Below, piece by piece: positions 10,632-21,339 of a DNA stretch of 64,000 nt. The notes under the pieces are model-generated. The model had not been told where the DNA came from and made no database searches. It worked only from the letters and a program-made list of their open reading frames with translations. Numbering within the stretch: position 1 is the stretch's first letter; each line of letters opens with the position of its first letter. A program made the translations under genes and the position numbers. The stretch is from an uncultured Gemmatimonadaceae bacterium (GTDB lineage Bacteria; Gemmatimonadota; Gemmatimonadetes; Gemmatimonadales; Gemmatimonadaceae): assembly GCA_963829055.1 (NCBI GenBank), contig CAWHHI010000006.1, positions 288,001-352,000 on the forward strand, read 5' to 3'.

Positions 10632-12086
10632 ATGATGACGCGCTGGATCTGGAGCCGCTCTATGCCGAACAGACTTCTCGTCGCACGTCTCGGTCTGGGA
10701 CTCGCGCTCGTGATGCCGATCGCCGGATCAGCCGCGCAGCCCGGCTTCCCGCCTAACGACCCAGACAGCTGGCGCGTCGCCGGGACGGCGAAGATCCTCT
10801 GCTCGGCGCTCTTCGTCTCCGGCCGAGACTCCGCCGAAGCCCGCGCTCACGTCACGCCGTACTTCCTCGGCGCGATGGTGGACTCGATCACGAACGTCGA
10901 GGTCGATCGGAAGCGAAAGCTCGTGCGCCTCACGGTCGCCAACCGCATAACGCGGGAGGCGAAGCTCTACGGCGATCAGGGGTGCATCATCCACCAGCCC
11001 GGCCGCGATTCGATCTACTTCAAGCCGGTGCGAGTCGCGACGACGCTGCCCCCGGCGTCGACCATGCCGTGGCCGATGGGCGACGTCCTGCCGGATGGTC
11101 CGCTCCCCGCGGAGATCGACACGGTGAAGCTCAAGGCCGCCGTCGACGCGGCGTTCGCGAACCCGGCCGGGTTCACCGCGGCGTTCGTCGTCGTGCACAA
11201 CGGGCGAATCGTGGCCGAGCGGTATGGGGCGGGCGCGAACAAGGACATGCAGCTCGAGAGCTGGTCGATGGGCAAGAGCATCGTCGGTACGCTGATCGGG
11301 ATGCTCGTCCAGCAGGGCGCGTTGAAGCTCGAGGATCCCGCGCCGGTGCCGGAGTGGCACAAGACGCCTGACGATCCGCGCGCGAAGATTCGCGTGATCG
11401 ACCTCATGCGGATGTCGAGCGGCATTCGCTTCAGTCGCGGCAGTCCCGAAGACATCCCAGGGTATCACGACCACGACCTGGGCTACACGGGCGCGCTCGA
11501 TGCGTTCTGGTGGGCGACCACGCGGCCGCTGCAGTTCGAGCCGAACACGTTCGGCCGGTATCGCAACTCGGATCCGTTGACGTTAGGCATGATCATCCGC
11601 GATGTCGTCCGCAAGCGCGGCGAGGAGTATCTCACGTTCCCGCAGCGCGCGCTGTTCGACAGGATCGGGATCCGGCGACAGGTGCTCGAGACCGACCCGT
11701 ACGGCAACTTCCTGCTCAACGGCTACGACTACGGCACGGCGCGGAACTGGGCGCGACTCGGGATGCTCTACCTGAACGACGGCGTGTGGCAGGGGAAGCG
11801 GCTCCTCCCCGAGGGCTGGACGAAGTTCGTGTCGACACCGGCGCCGGCGTGGAAGGACTCGGCCTACGGCGCGATGGTATGGGTGAACGCGGGCGGCGCG
11901 TGGCCGGAGCTGCCGCGCGACGCGTTCGCGTTCCGGGGTGCCGGGCTGCAGGACGTCTACGTGATCCCGTCGCGGAATCTCGTCATCGTCCGCATGGGTC
12001 ACTACGTCGGCATGCAGCCGGGGACGGCGGACCTCCGGCGTGCGGAGGCGCTGCTCATGGAAGCGATACCGGAACGAAAGCACTGA
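10632..12086 (+). CDS. Serine hydrolase, beta-lactamase/class C-like family, secreted
   Basis: SWSMGKS (SxxK), YRN, LMRMSSG, ARNWARLGMLYLNDG. Confidence 0.85.
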   Translation: MMTRWIWSRSMPNRLLVARLGLGLALVMPIAGSAAQPGFPPNDPDSWRVAGTAKILCSALFVSGRDSAEARAHVTPYFLGAMVDSITNVEVDRKRKLVRLTVANRITREAKLYGDQGCIIHQPGRDSIYFKPVRVATTLPPASTMPWPMGDVLPDGPLPAEIDTVKLKAAVDAAFANPAGFTAAFVVVHNGRIVAERYGAGANKDMQLESWSMGKSIVGTLIGMLVQQGALKLEDPAPVPEWHKTPDDPRAKIRVIDLMRMSSGIRFSRGSPEDIPGYHDHDLGYTGALDAFWWATTRPLQFEPNTFGRYRNSDPLTLGMIIRDVVRKRGEEYLTFPQRALFDRIGIRRQVLETDPYGNFLLNGYDYGTARNWARLGMLYLNDGVWQGKRLLPEGWTKFVSTPAPAWKDSAYGAMVWVNAGGAWPELPRDAFAFRGAGLQDVYVIPSRNLVIVRMGHYVGMQPGTADLRRAEALLMEAIPERKH

Positions 12087-12333
12087 GACTGCCGAAGACG
12101 GCGTCGGAAGGCGGACACCAGACGCCGGTTCGGGACCTAACGCGGTAGAGACGGTTGTCAGTCCGTGCGCGTGGCGAGCGGGACCGTCCGGGCGAACAGC
12201 CCGAAGGTCTCCTACCCATGGCGGCGCGCTGAGCACAGTTTCCGAACGGTTAGCGCACGTCACGGTCACGGTCACGGCACGACGCGACCTCACACTTACC
12301 ATCGACCTCGCAAACCCGAACGAGGACGTGGAT

Positions 12334-15016
12334 ATGAACCGCCGAGTTGTTAGCGGCGCCGCAGCCCGTGCGTTGGCGCTTTCGCTTCTAGTGTCTGCCG
12401 TTGCTTGTAAGTCCGATACCGATACGCCGTCGGAAGTCTTGACGCCGGCGGCCGTGCGACCCTCCGTGACGATGCCGGCGACTGCGCCTGCCGGCGCGCC
12501 TGCGCCCGTGTTGCCAAGTGTCGTTGTGGAAACGAGCACGGGCGAACCGGTGTCCGGCGTGACCGTCGTGTTCGCCGTCACCGCGGGAGGCGGCACGCTC
12601 ACCGGTGCCACGCCGCTCACGAACGCGTCGGGTGTGGCGACCGTCGGCGGCTGGACGTTAGGCACCGTGGCCGGGACGAATTCCCTGACGGCGACCGTTG
12701 CTGACATCCCGCCCGTCACATTTACCGCGACGGGCGTCGCTGGGCCGGCGGCGAAATTGGCCATCAGTGTACAGCCGGTCGGCGCCGGCACTGGTCAACC
12801 GCTCGCCACGCAACCCGCGGTGGTGGTACAGGACCAGTTCGGCAACACCCTAACGACGGATGCTGGACGCACCGTCACGGCCGCCATCGCCGCGGGCGGT
12901 GACGGAACGCTGAGTGGTACTCCGACCGCTAGCACCGCCGCAGGCATCGCGACCTTCTCGAACCTCACGATTGCCGGCGCGACGAATGCCACGCGTGCCC
13001 TCGTCTTCACGGCGGCCGGGCTCACCTCCGCGACATCCAGCGCCATTAGCCTGTCCCCGGTGTCGGCAGGGCCAACGATCACCGCGATCACGCCCGCGGT
13101 TCTCACGCCGGGCGCAACCGCGACGATTACCGGCACATCGTTTGGCTGCCACGCCAGAGGCAAACGCCGTGACGGTTGACGGCGTCTCGGCGATCGTGAC
13201 CGCTGCTTCCACGACGCAGCTCACTGTGACAGTTCCGGTGAGCGGACTCGCGTGCAAGCCTGTACGCGACATTGCCGTCGTGGTCGCAGCGGGCGGCGCC
13301 TCGGCAACCCGTCAGCACTCGCTTCGCACGGCCACGCCACGGGCGCTCGGCGTTGGGCAGTCGCTCATCCTCGCGAGCGCGGCTGACGTTCCGTGCAACG
13401 AGCTTCCGTCCGGCGGACAGTATGTGGTGAGCGTCTTCAACACGAGCACGAATGGAGCGGCCTCCACCGGCTTCCGTCTACAGGGTGGCCCTCAGGGTTT
13501 CGTCGCCGCGGATGTGGTCGAGCTCGCGCCGTCGCGCCGCCAGACCATCTCGCGTACGGATCTTCCGCACGGCCGCTTCTTCGAGCCATCGCGAGAGGAA
13601 TTCGATCGTCGAGTCGAGCACTTCGCGCATCTCGAGCGGAATCGCGCGGAATACCGGGAGCTCGCGGCACGCAAACGGGCATTCGAGTCGCGCGGGCGGG
13701 GAGCGGCCGTGCCTAACGACGCAGTCACACCATCCCGGAGCACCACGGCGTCGTCACTCCAGCCGTACGCGCCGATCCCCACGACGCTCGGTGCACAGTC
13801 CACCCTCCAGTTCCGGTATCTGGGGGCCGCCGAGACGCGCACCGTCACCACGGTGTACGTGGGGACCCGCGTCATCATCGTCGAAGATGTGGCGTCGCCA
13901 CTCGCGGGGACGCTGGCGACATTCTACCAGGAGATCGGAGCCGATTTCGATAGCCGGATGTACGACATCCTGCGGGCGAACTTTGGCGACCCGCTCGCCA
14001 GTGACGCTCGCCTCCATTCAACAGGGCGCGTCGTCCTCTTCTTCACTCCACGCGTGACCGAGCAATCGGTCGCTGGGTTCGTGAGCGCCTGCGACATGTT
14101 CACCACCGCAGAGTGCGCGGCGAGCAATGAGCAGGCGGTCGAGTATCTCTCGACCCCTCTCCCGAGCTGGACCCCGGCGAACGTGACGTTCTGGAAATCG
14201 TACATGCACGCCGTCATTCAGCACGAGAGCAAGCACGTCGTCTCACACGCGGAGCGAACCGCGCGGGGCGCGCCCAACTTCGAGGAATCGTGGCTCGAGG
14301 AAGGGTCGGCGGAAATTGCGCTCGAGATGTACTCACGCAACTTCTGCGGGTTCGGCGCCGGAGTCAGAGTGACGTACGCGCAGGTACAGAGCTGCATGAG
14401 TACGAAGCCGTGGACGCCCGATCTCGTCGAGGGCATCGGCTTCCAGCTCTACAACTTCTACCGATCTGTCGAATCACTGAGTCCGATCGTCGGCAACGTG
14501 GTCGTGAACGGCGTGCTCCAACCGTTCAACTACGAGAGCGCCTGGTCACTGGTGCGGTGGACCGCAGGTACCTATGGCGGATCGGACGCGGCATTCTTCA
14601 AGGGGTTGGTGCAGGAGACCGCGCTCACTGGAGTCCCCAACTTGCTCGCCCATTCGGGCCAGCCGCTTACCACGCTCCTCGGCGAATGGTCGCTGATGCT
14701 CGATGTCGACGATCGGCCGGGGTTCACGCCCGCGAGCTCGCACCTCACGTTCCCGAACATCAGGACGCGCGATTTCCTCGCCGGTGTTCGGACCGCGTAT
14801 CAACTGACGACTCCGGCGTTCCCGCTGCCTGTACGTTCCGCGCCCGCGGGCTCCAGCTTCAGCACCGACGTTCCCGGCATCGCCGCCGGTACGACGAGCA
14901 TCTTCGAGCTCGGCGGCGCGGGCGCGACGACGCAGATCATCGAGCTGCGCGACACCGGTGGCGGAGTTCTGCCCTCCGGCTCGCCGCTCCGCCTGAGCCT
15001 CGTGCGGCTGCAGTGA
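12334..15016 (+). CDS. Large lipoprotein with Ig-like/IPT-TIG domains and a C-terminal HExxH zinc metallopeptidase domain (frameshift near 13140)
   Basis: Lipobox SAVAC, Big-like TNASGVATVGGWTLGTVAG, IPT motif PTITAITP...ATITGTSF, HESKH plus downstream WLEEGSAE. Confidence 0.75.
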
Positions 15017-15021
15017 GGCGC

Positions 15022-15570
15022 GTGCAGACATCTCGCGCGCTTGGGCGCCGGCGTGGGGTCGGTGGGGTCGTGGCGATCGCGCTACTCGTCGTCGTGGGGG
15101 CCTGCGCTCGTCGCGCGGCGCATGATCCGCCGGCGGCCGACGTCACGGGCTCCGTCACAGGCTCCGTGACGCTCCAGCGCACGGGCTGCTTTGGCCGTTG
15201 CCCCGAGTATTCGGTGCGTGTCGGCTCGGATGGCGGTGTTCGCTTCATTGGGCGAAGCAACGTCGCCGTACCTAACGAGTCGACGGCGAGCGTGCCGGCT
15301 GCTGACGCGCAGCGGCTCCTCGAGCAGTTCGCGGATGCCGGGTTTTTTACGCTCGACTCCACATATGTCGCGGGCAAGCCGACGTGCCGCTTTCACGCGA
15401 CCGACCTGCCGTCGGCCATGCTCGATGTCACGATAGGCGCGCGCTCGCATCGCGTGCTCTGGGACACGGGCTGCAGCGACGCGCCAGCGGCGCTCGGGCA
15501 GCTTGCCAATCGCGTCGATTCCGTCGCGGTAACGGCGCGCTGGATTGGCTCGACGCCGCGGTCGCCGTAG
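15022..15570 (+). CDS. DUF6438-like lipoprotein
   Basis: Lipobox VVGAC; LQRTGCFGRCPEYSV...G.V.F.G...TDLPS pattern. Confidence 0.7.
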   Translation: MQTSRALGRRRGVGGVVAIALLVVVGACARRAAHDPPAADVTGSVTGSVTLQRTGCFGRCPEYSVRVGSDGGVRFIGRSNVAVPNESTASVPAADAQRLLEQFADAGFFTLDSTYVAGKPTCRFHATDLPSAMLDVTIGARSHRVLWDTGCSDAPAALGQLANRVDSVAVTARWIGSTPRSP

Positions 15571-15573
15571 GGT

Positions 15574-15729
15574 GTCATTCCGAGCGAGCGACAGCCGGGT
15601 GCCCACGCAGTGGGCGCATGAGGAATCGAGACTATACAAGGTAGAGGGCCCTCTATCGGGACGATCGCGATTCCTCGACTGCGGCCCTTCGGGCCTCCGC
15701 TCGGAATGACATAGTCCGCTCGGAATGAC
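15574..15729. repeat. REP-like palindromic element, family A
   Basis: GTCATTCCGAGCG...GAGGAATCG...CGATTCCTC...CGCTCGGAATGAC with a duplicated right end; near-identical to 62553-62709. Confidence 0.85.
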
Positions 15730-15795
15730 AACCGGGGGCTCGCGATGGGGTGGCCCCGCGTTCATCTTGCGGGCCGCTCCGCCAACACGCCGCCG

Positions 15796-17023
15796 ATGAA
15801 CACGCCGCCCTCCGCTCCCGACACCACCGCTGATCCTCACGCCGCTGAACGCGCGCGACGATGGCGTCTCGTGCTCGGGTCGGATGCCCAGGCATCGACG
15901 GGCGTCTCGCTCACCGGGGCGGACGCGGGTATGGATCAGGCGCTGCAGGCGCTGTACGGCGGCGGTGGAGGTGACGCCAACGGCTCGCGCTCCAACGATC
16001 GTCGCGGCGGTCTCGGCAGCTCGGCGCCGTCCGTCGCGCGCTGGCTCGGCGACATTCGAGAGTATTTCCCGTCATCGGTCGTGCGCGTGATGCAGCGCGA
16101 TGCGCTCGAGCGACTCGACCTCAAGCGCATGCTGCTCGAGCCCGAGATGCTCGAGGCCGTCGAGCCCGACGTCCACCTCGTGTCGACGCTCATCGCCCTC
16201 AAGAGCGTCATCCCGAACAAGACGCGTGACACCGCGCGCCTCGTCGTGCGGCGGGTCGTCGAGCAGATCCAGCGACGGCTCGCCAACGCGACTCGTCAGG
16301 CCATCACCGGCGCGCTCAATCGCTCGGCGCGCACCACTCGTCCCAGGTACGCCGAGATAGACTGGCACCGGACCATCCGCGCGAACCTCAAGCACTACCA
16401 GCCGCAATACCGAACCATCATTCCGGAAACGCGAATCGGGTTCGGTCGCAAACGCAATTCGCTTCGCGACATCGTCCTCTGCGTCGATCAGAGCGGCTCG
16501 ATGGCCGCGTCCGTGGTCTACGCGAGCGTGTTCGCCGCGGTGCTCGCGTCGCTTCCGGCCGTGTCGACGCGGTTCGTCGTCTTCGATACGGCGGTCGTGG
16601 ACCTGACGGACGACATGGACGATCCGGTGGAGCTGCTGTTCGGTACGCAGCTGGGCGGAGGCACGGACATCAACCGCGCGCTGACGTACTGCGAGTCGGT
16701 CGTTAGGCGTCCCGTCCGAGACGGTGCTCGTGCTGATCAGCGATCTGTACGAGGGCGGTCATCGCGACGAGATGCTGAAGCGTGTCGCGTCGCTGGCGGC
16801 GTCCGGCGTGCGCATGGTGGCGCTGCTCGCGCTCAGCGATCAGGGCGCTCCGTCGTTCGACCACGGGAACGCCGCGGCCTTCGCCAGCCTTGGCGTCCCC
16901 GCGTTCGCGTGCACGCCCGATCTGTTCCCCGATCTCATGGCGGCCGCGATCAGCCGGCAGGATATGGGGCAGTGGGCCTCGAAGCAGGGCATCGCGGCTG
17001 GCGGTGGGGCCGCCACGCGGTGA
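15796..17023 (+). CDS. VWA (CoxE-like) domain protein, YehP-like (frameshift near 16715)
   Basis: RRWRLVLG N-terminus, MIDAS DQSGSM, QLGGGTDI, LISDLYEGG. Its stop overlaps the next start (GTGA). Confidence 0.85.
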
Positions 17024-18408
17024 AGTGGACGACGGAGAGCGTGCTGGCGCTCGCCCCCGACCCGGCGTCCGCGAAAGCGGGACGCGATCTCGCCACGCGC
17101 CGGAAGTGGGCGTCGTTAGGCTCCGGTCAGGGCGCGGACGACGCAGTGGTGCTGTGGGGCGCGTGTCAGGGCAGCGGCAAGGACCCGTACCTCACGCGCG
17201 TGGACACGGGCGAGCCGGCCTTCAAGTGCAGCTGCCCGAGCCGCAAGTTCCCGTGCAAGCACGCGTTAGGCCTGTTTCTGATCTTCGTCCAGGCGCCCAG
17301 CGAGCTCGCCGCCGGGAAACCGCCCGATTGGGTGACCGAGTGGGTCGAGAGCCGAGCGACGCGTGCGGCCAGGCGATCGGAGCGTGAAGCGCGAACGTCG
17401 GAGGTGACCGCAGCCGCCGATGACCCCAATGACGCCACACAGCGAGAGAAGGCAGCGAAGCAGACAGCCGCACGCGCGGCCGAGCGGGAGCGGCGCGTCG
17501 CGACCGGCGTGGCGGAGCTCGGGCTCTGGCTGCGCGACCTCGTTCGTCAGGGACTGAGCGCCGCCGCGGCGCGGCCCGCGTCGAGCTGGGAGACCATGGC
17601 CGCGCGCCTCGTGGACGCGCAGGCGCCAGGCGCGGCGAGACTCGTCAGGCAGATGGCGACGATACCGGCCAGCGGTGAAGGGTGGCCCGACCGACTGCTC
17701 GATCGAATGGCGCGGCTGCATCTCCTGCTCGAGGGCTACGGTCGCATTGACACGCTTCCGCCGGACCTCGCCGCCGACGTGCGCGCGGGGCTCGGATGGA
17801 CGACGACGCAGGAAGCGCTGCTCGAGCTCGACGGTGTGCGTGACCAGTGGGGCGTCGTCGGTCGCAGAGTGACGGAGGAAGACCGACTTCGCGTGCAGCG
17901 CACGTGGTTGTGGGGACGAGAGACCGGTCGCGCCGCGCTGCTCCTCCACTTCGCGCCCGTCGGAGCCACACGGACTGAGAGCAAACCCATCGACGCGACC
18001 TTCGTCCCCGGCACGGCGTTCGAGGGTACGCTCGTGTTCTTCCCGAGTGCGGCTCCGCTGCGCGCGATCGTGAAGGAGCGCGAGCGCGCGGTCACGTGGA
18101 CGACGGACCTCGGATATGCGAGCCTCTCCGACGCGGTCGCGGCCGCGTCGAACGCGGAGGCACGCATGCCCTGGACAGAGCAGCATCCGATGCTGCTGCG
18201 CGATGCGCTACCGGCAACCGCCACGTCGCCCTGGCGAGTGAGAGACGCGGACGGTCGCTGGCTTCGGGTCTCCGAGCGCTTTCGCGACCGGTGGCGTCTG
18301 CTCGCGGTGAGCGGAGGCGCGGCGGTCTCGCTGTTCGGCGAGTGGGACGGTGAGTCGCTCTTGCCGCTCACCGTGTGGGGAGACAGTGGTGCCATCGCGC
18401 TGCTGTAA
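17020..18408 (+). CDS. SWIM zinc-finger protein, YehQ-like
   Basis: CQGSGKDPY...CSCPSRKFPCKHALGL SWIM motif; ARLVDAQAPG. The ORF-track fusion to VWA comes from the frameshift. Confidence 0.85.
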   Translation: MKWTTESVLALAPDPASAKAGRDLATRRKWASLGSGQGADDAVVLWGACQGSGKDPYLTRVDTGEPAFKCSCPSRKFPCKHALGLFLIFVQAPSELAAGKPPDWVTEWVESRATRAARRSEREARTSEVTAAADDPNDATQREKAAKQTAARAAERERRVATGVAELGLWLRDLVRQGLSAAAARPASSWETMAARLVDAQAPGAARLVRQMATIPASGEGWPDRLLDRMARLHLLLEGYGRIDTLPPDLAADVRAGLGWTTTQEALLELDGVRDQWGVVGRRVTEEDRLRVQRTWLWGRETGRAALLLHFAPVGATRTESKPIDATFVPGTAFEGTLVFFPSAAPLRAIVKERERAVTWTTDLGYASLSDAVAAASNAEARMPWTEQHPMLLRDALPATATSPWRVRDADGRWLRVSERFRDRWRLLAVSGGAAVSLFGEWDGESLLPLTVWGDSGAIALL

Positions 18409-18429
18409 CCGACACGCCATGCGAGCCCG

Positions 18430-20026
18430 ATGACTCTCGCGCAACCGGACCTCGCCGTCTGGCCCACGGCGGTGAACGCCGCATTGCTCGGCATCGACCG
18501 CGCGGGGCTGACGCTTCCGTCAGGCGACGGATCGTTAGGCTCGGCCTGCACGCAACTTGCCGGTGTCGAGACTGACCCCTCGGCGGCGTTGTTGCGTGTG
18601 GCCGCCGCGGCGAGTGTGTATCGGCGCTGCGGGTGGATTCCCGTGCGCACCGACGAAGCACCGCCGGCGGCCTGTCCCCCCGACGCCCGCGTGATGTGCC
18701 CGCCGGCCGCGGCGGGGCTGCTGCGGCGCATCCTGCAAGGCGAGCACGCCTCGCTCGTTGGCGAATGGCTCACGCTGGCTGCACGCCACTCCATGAGAGT
18801 GCCGGCCGATACGCTCCCCGAGCTGCTCGACCGAGCCCTGCGCGACTCGCGGCTTCGGTCACCAGTCATCACCGTCGCTGGGACACGCGCAACCTGGCTG
18901 GCCGCGCACAACCCTGATTGGTCGTTCGCGATCGCTGGCGCGAGTGCCGACGCGTTGGCGGAGCTCTGGGAGCAGTCTGCGGACGGCCGAACGCGGCTCG
19001 CGGCGCTGCAGCAGCTCCGCGTTCTCGACCCCGAGCGTGCGCGCTCGGCACTGGAGAAGTCGTGGGCAGAGGAGAGTCCAGCCGAACGCGGCGCGTTCGT
19101 CGGCGCGCTCGTCCACGGGTTGAGCCCCGCGGACGAACCATTTCTCGAGCGCGCGCTCGATGATCGACGCAAGGAGGTACGGCAGAACGCGGCCGCCCTG
19201 CTCGCCCGACTGCCGGCGTCCGCGCTGGTGGCGCGCATGGCGGCGCGGGCCAAGGCGCTGGTCTCGTTAGGCCGATCGGGGCTGCTCAAGCGGCTGCGGG
19301 TCGACGTCACGCTGCCGGCAGCTGCCGACGACGCGCTCGTTCGCGACGGCGTCGAAGCCAAGCCGCCCGTCGGGATCGGCTGAGCGCGCGTGGTGGCTCG
19401 CGCAGATCCTCGCGGCGGTGCCGCCATCCACGTGGACCCTCGGCGGGTCGGTCGACGCCAAGGCCGTGCTGGGCGCTGTGGACGGCCACGAATGGCGTGA
19501 GCCGCTCGTCGCCGGCTGGCTCATCGCGACCGAGCGACACCGTGACGCGACGTGGGCGGAGGCGCTGTGGGCACATGACCGCGTCGCTCGCATCGACCCG
19601 AAGTGGGGCGCGCCGCAGCTGGAGCGCGTGTTCACGACCATCGTCCCCGCCGACCGCGTCGACGCCGAGCTCCGCAAATCGATCGGTGCGGGACGTGATG
19701 TACTTCGCGGAAATCACCCGGTGCTTTCCGCGATTCTCGGATGGCCTAACGAGTGGAGCGACCCGCTCGCGCGATCGGTCGCGTATCGTATCAAGGAGTA
19801 TGCGTCCGAGCGGGTGCCACTCACCAGCGAGTACGGCGTGCGCGCGCTGCTCGAGCGCAGCGGCCACGCTGTACCGATATCCGCGACCGGCGCGTTCATC
19901 GACGGTTGGCCCGAGCAGGATTCCGACGCATGGCGGACGTGGGCACCCGCCATCGACGCGCTCGCGTCAGTGCTCCGGTTTCGCAACGATCTTCACCTCG
20001 CGTTCAACGAGGCACCAGCAACATGA
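18430..20026 (+). CDS. DUF5691-like helical repeat protein (frameshift near 19380)
   Basis: GxRxxWLAxHNPDW, LSPADEPFLERALDDRRKEVRQNAAALLARLP; position in a yeh-type operon. Confidence 0.75.
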
Positions 20027-20033
20027 CCGCAAC

Positions 20034-21152
20034 ATGACCGCGTCCTCCGCGCCATCGGCGCCAGCATCGAATGGCCTCGCGATCCTGCGCGCCCATGCCG
20101 AACAACAGTTCGCCGATGAGCTGGACGCTCTCATCCGATCGGACACGCGCCCGCGCCCGCCGAGCTGGCGGATGTCACCCTGGGCGGTCGCGACGTATCT
20201 GCTCGGTGGTCGCACGGACGACGGCACCGAGATCACACCCAAGTACATCGGCAGTCGTCGCCTGATGGAGATCGCGATCGCCACACTCGCGACCGACCGC
20301 GCACTCCTGCTGCTCGGCGTACCTGGTACGGCCAAGACATGGGTGGCGGAGCATCTCGCGGCGGCGATCTCCGGTGACTCGACGCTGTTGGTGCAGGGGA
20401 CGGCCGGCACGAGCGAGGAGTCAGTGCGCTACGGATGGAACTACGCGCGTCTCCTCGCTGATGGTCCATCGCGCGCCGCGCTCGTGACGAGTCCGATCAT
20501 GCGCGCCATGGCGGAAGGACGCATCGCGCGCGTCGAGGAGCTCACGCGCATTCCGGCGGACGTGCAGGACGCACTCATCACGATTCTCTCGGAGAAGTCG
20601 CTGCCCATCCCCGAGCTCGGGCAGGAGGTGCAGGCGGTGAAGGGCTTCAACCTCATCGCGACGGCGAACGACCGCGACAAGGGAGTGAACGAGCTGTCGA
20701 GCGCGCTCAAACGCCGCTTCAACGTCGTCGTGCTTCCCGTTCCGGCGACGATCGACGAGGAAGTGGACATCGTCACGCGTCGCGTAGACGCACTCGGCCG
20801 CGCGCTGGAGCTTCCGGCCGAAGCTCCCGCGGCGGAGGAGATTCGGCGGGTGGTCACGATCTTCCGCGAGCTGCGCGGCGGCGTGACGGAGGATGGCAAG
20901 ACGAAGGTGAAGTCGCCGAGTGGGACGCTGAGCACCGCGGAGGCGATCTCGGTGCTGAACGGCGGCCTCGCACTCGCCGCGCATTTCGGTGACGGCCAAC
21001 TGCGGTCGGGCGACCTCGCCGCGGGCTTGTTAGGCGCCGTGGTGAAGGATCCGGTGCAGGACCGGATCGTGTGGCTCGAGTACCTGGAAGCGGTGGTGAA
21101 GGAGCGTGACGGGTGGAAGGACCTCTACCGCGCCTGTCGCGCAGTGAGCTAG
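20034..21152 (+). CDS. MoxR-family AAA+ ATPase, YehL-like
   Basis: LRAHAEQQFADEL, Walker A GVPGTAKT, Walker B ARVEELTR, ATAN sensor, SSALKRRF arginine finger. Confidence 0.9.
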   Translation: MTASSAPSAPASNGLAILRAHAEQQFADELDALIRSDTRPRPPSWRMSPWAVATYLLGGRTDDGTEITPKYIGSRRLMEIAIATLATDRALLLLGVPGTAKTWVAEHLAAAISGDSTLLVQGTAGTSEESVRYGWNYARLLADGPSRAALVTSPIMRAMAEGRIARVEELTRIPADVQDALITILSEKSLPIPELGQEVQAVKGFNLIATANDRDKGVNELSSALKRRFNVVVLPVPATIDEEVDIVTRRVDALGRALELPAEAPAAEEIRRVVTIFRELRGGVTEDGKTKVKSPSGTLSTAEAISVLNGGLALAAHFGDGQLRSGDLAAGLLGAVVKDPVQDRIVWLEYLEAVVKERDGWKDLYRACRAVS

Positions 21153-21189
21153 TGGGCATTCGGCGCGGACGGCGGCATCGCTGGTCGGG

Positions 21190-21306
21190 GATAGCAGGCG
21201 ATTCCGGCCTCATTGCCAGAATTGGCAAATGTGCGTCGCATCTCGCCCGTCACAGTGAGCCTCCGGTTCGCCAATTCTGGCAATACGGCCTGCATCGCCT
21301 GCTATC
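21190..21306. repeat. Long imperfect hairpin within the yeh-like operon
   Basis: GATAGCAGGCGAT/ATCGCCTGCTATC (21190-21202/21294-21306) and ATTGCCAGAATTGGC/GCCAATTCTGGCAAT (21212-21226/21270-21284). Confidence 0.7.
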
Positions 21307-21339
21307 GCGCACTTCGAACACGTAGCCGCTCGTGGCACA

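Noticed and set aside
15745..18408. Apparent 887-aa VWA-SWIM fusion
   Set aside because: The VWA C-terminus (LISDLYEGG) is in another frame ending at 17023 with a GTGA overlap; the fusion results from one frameshift.
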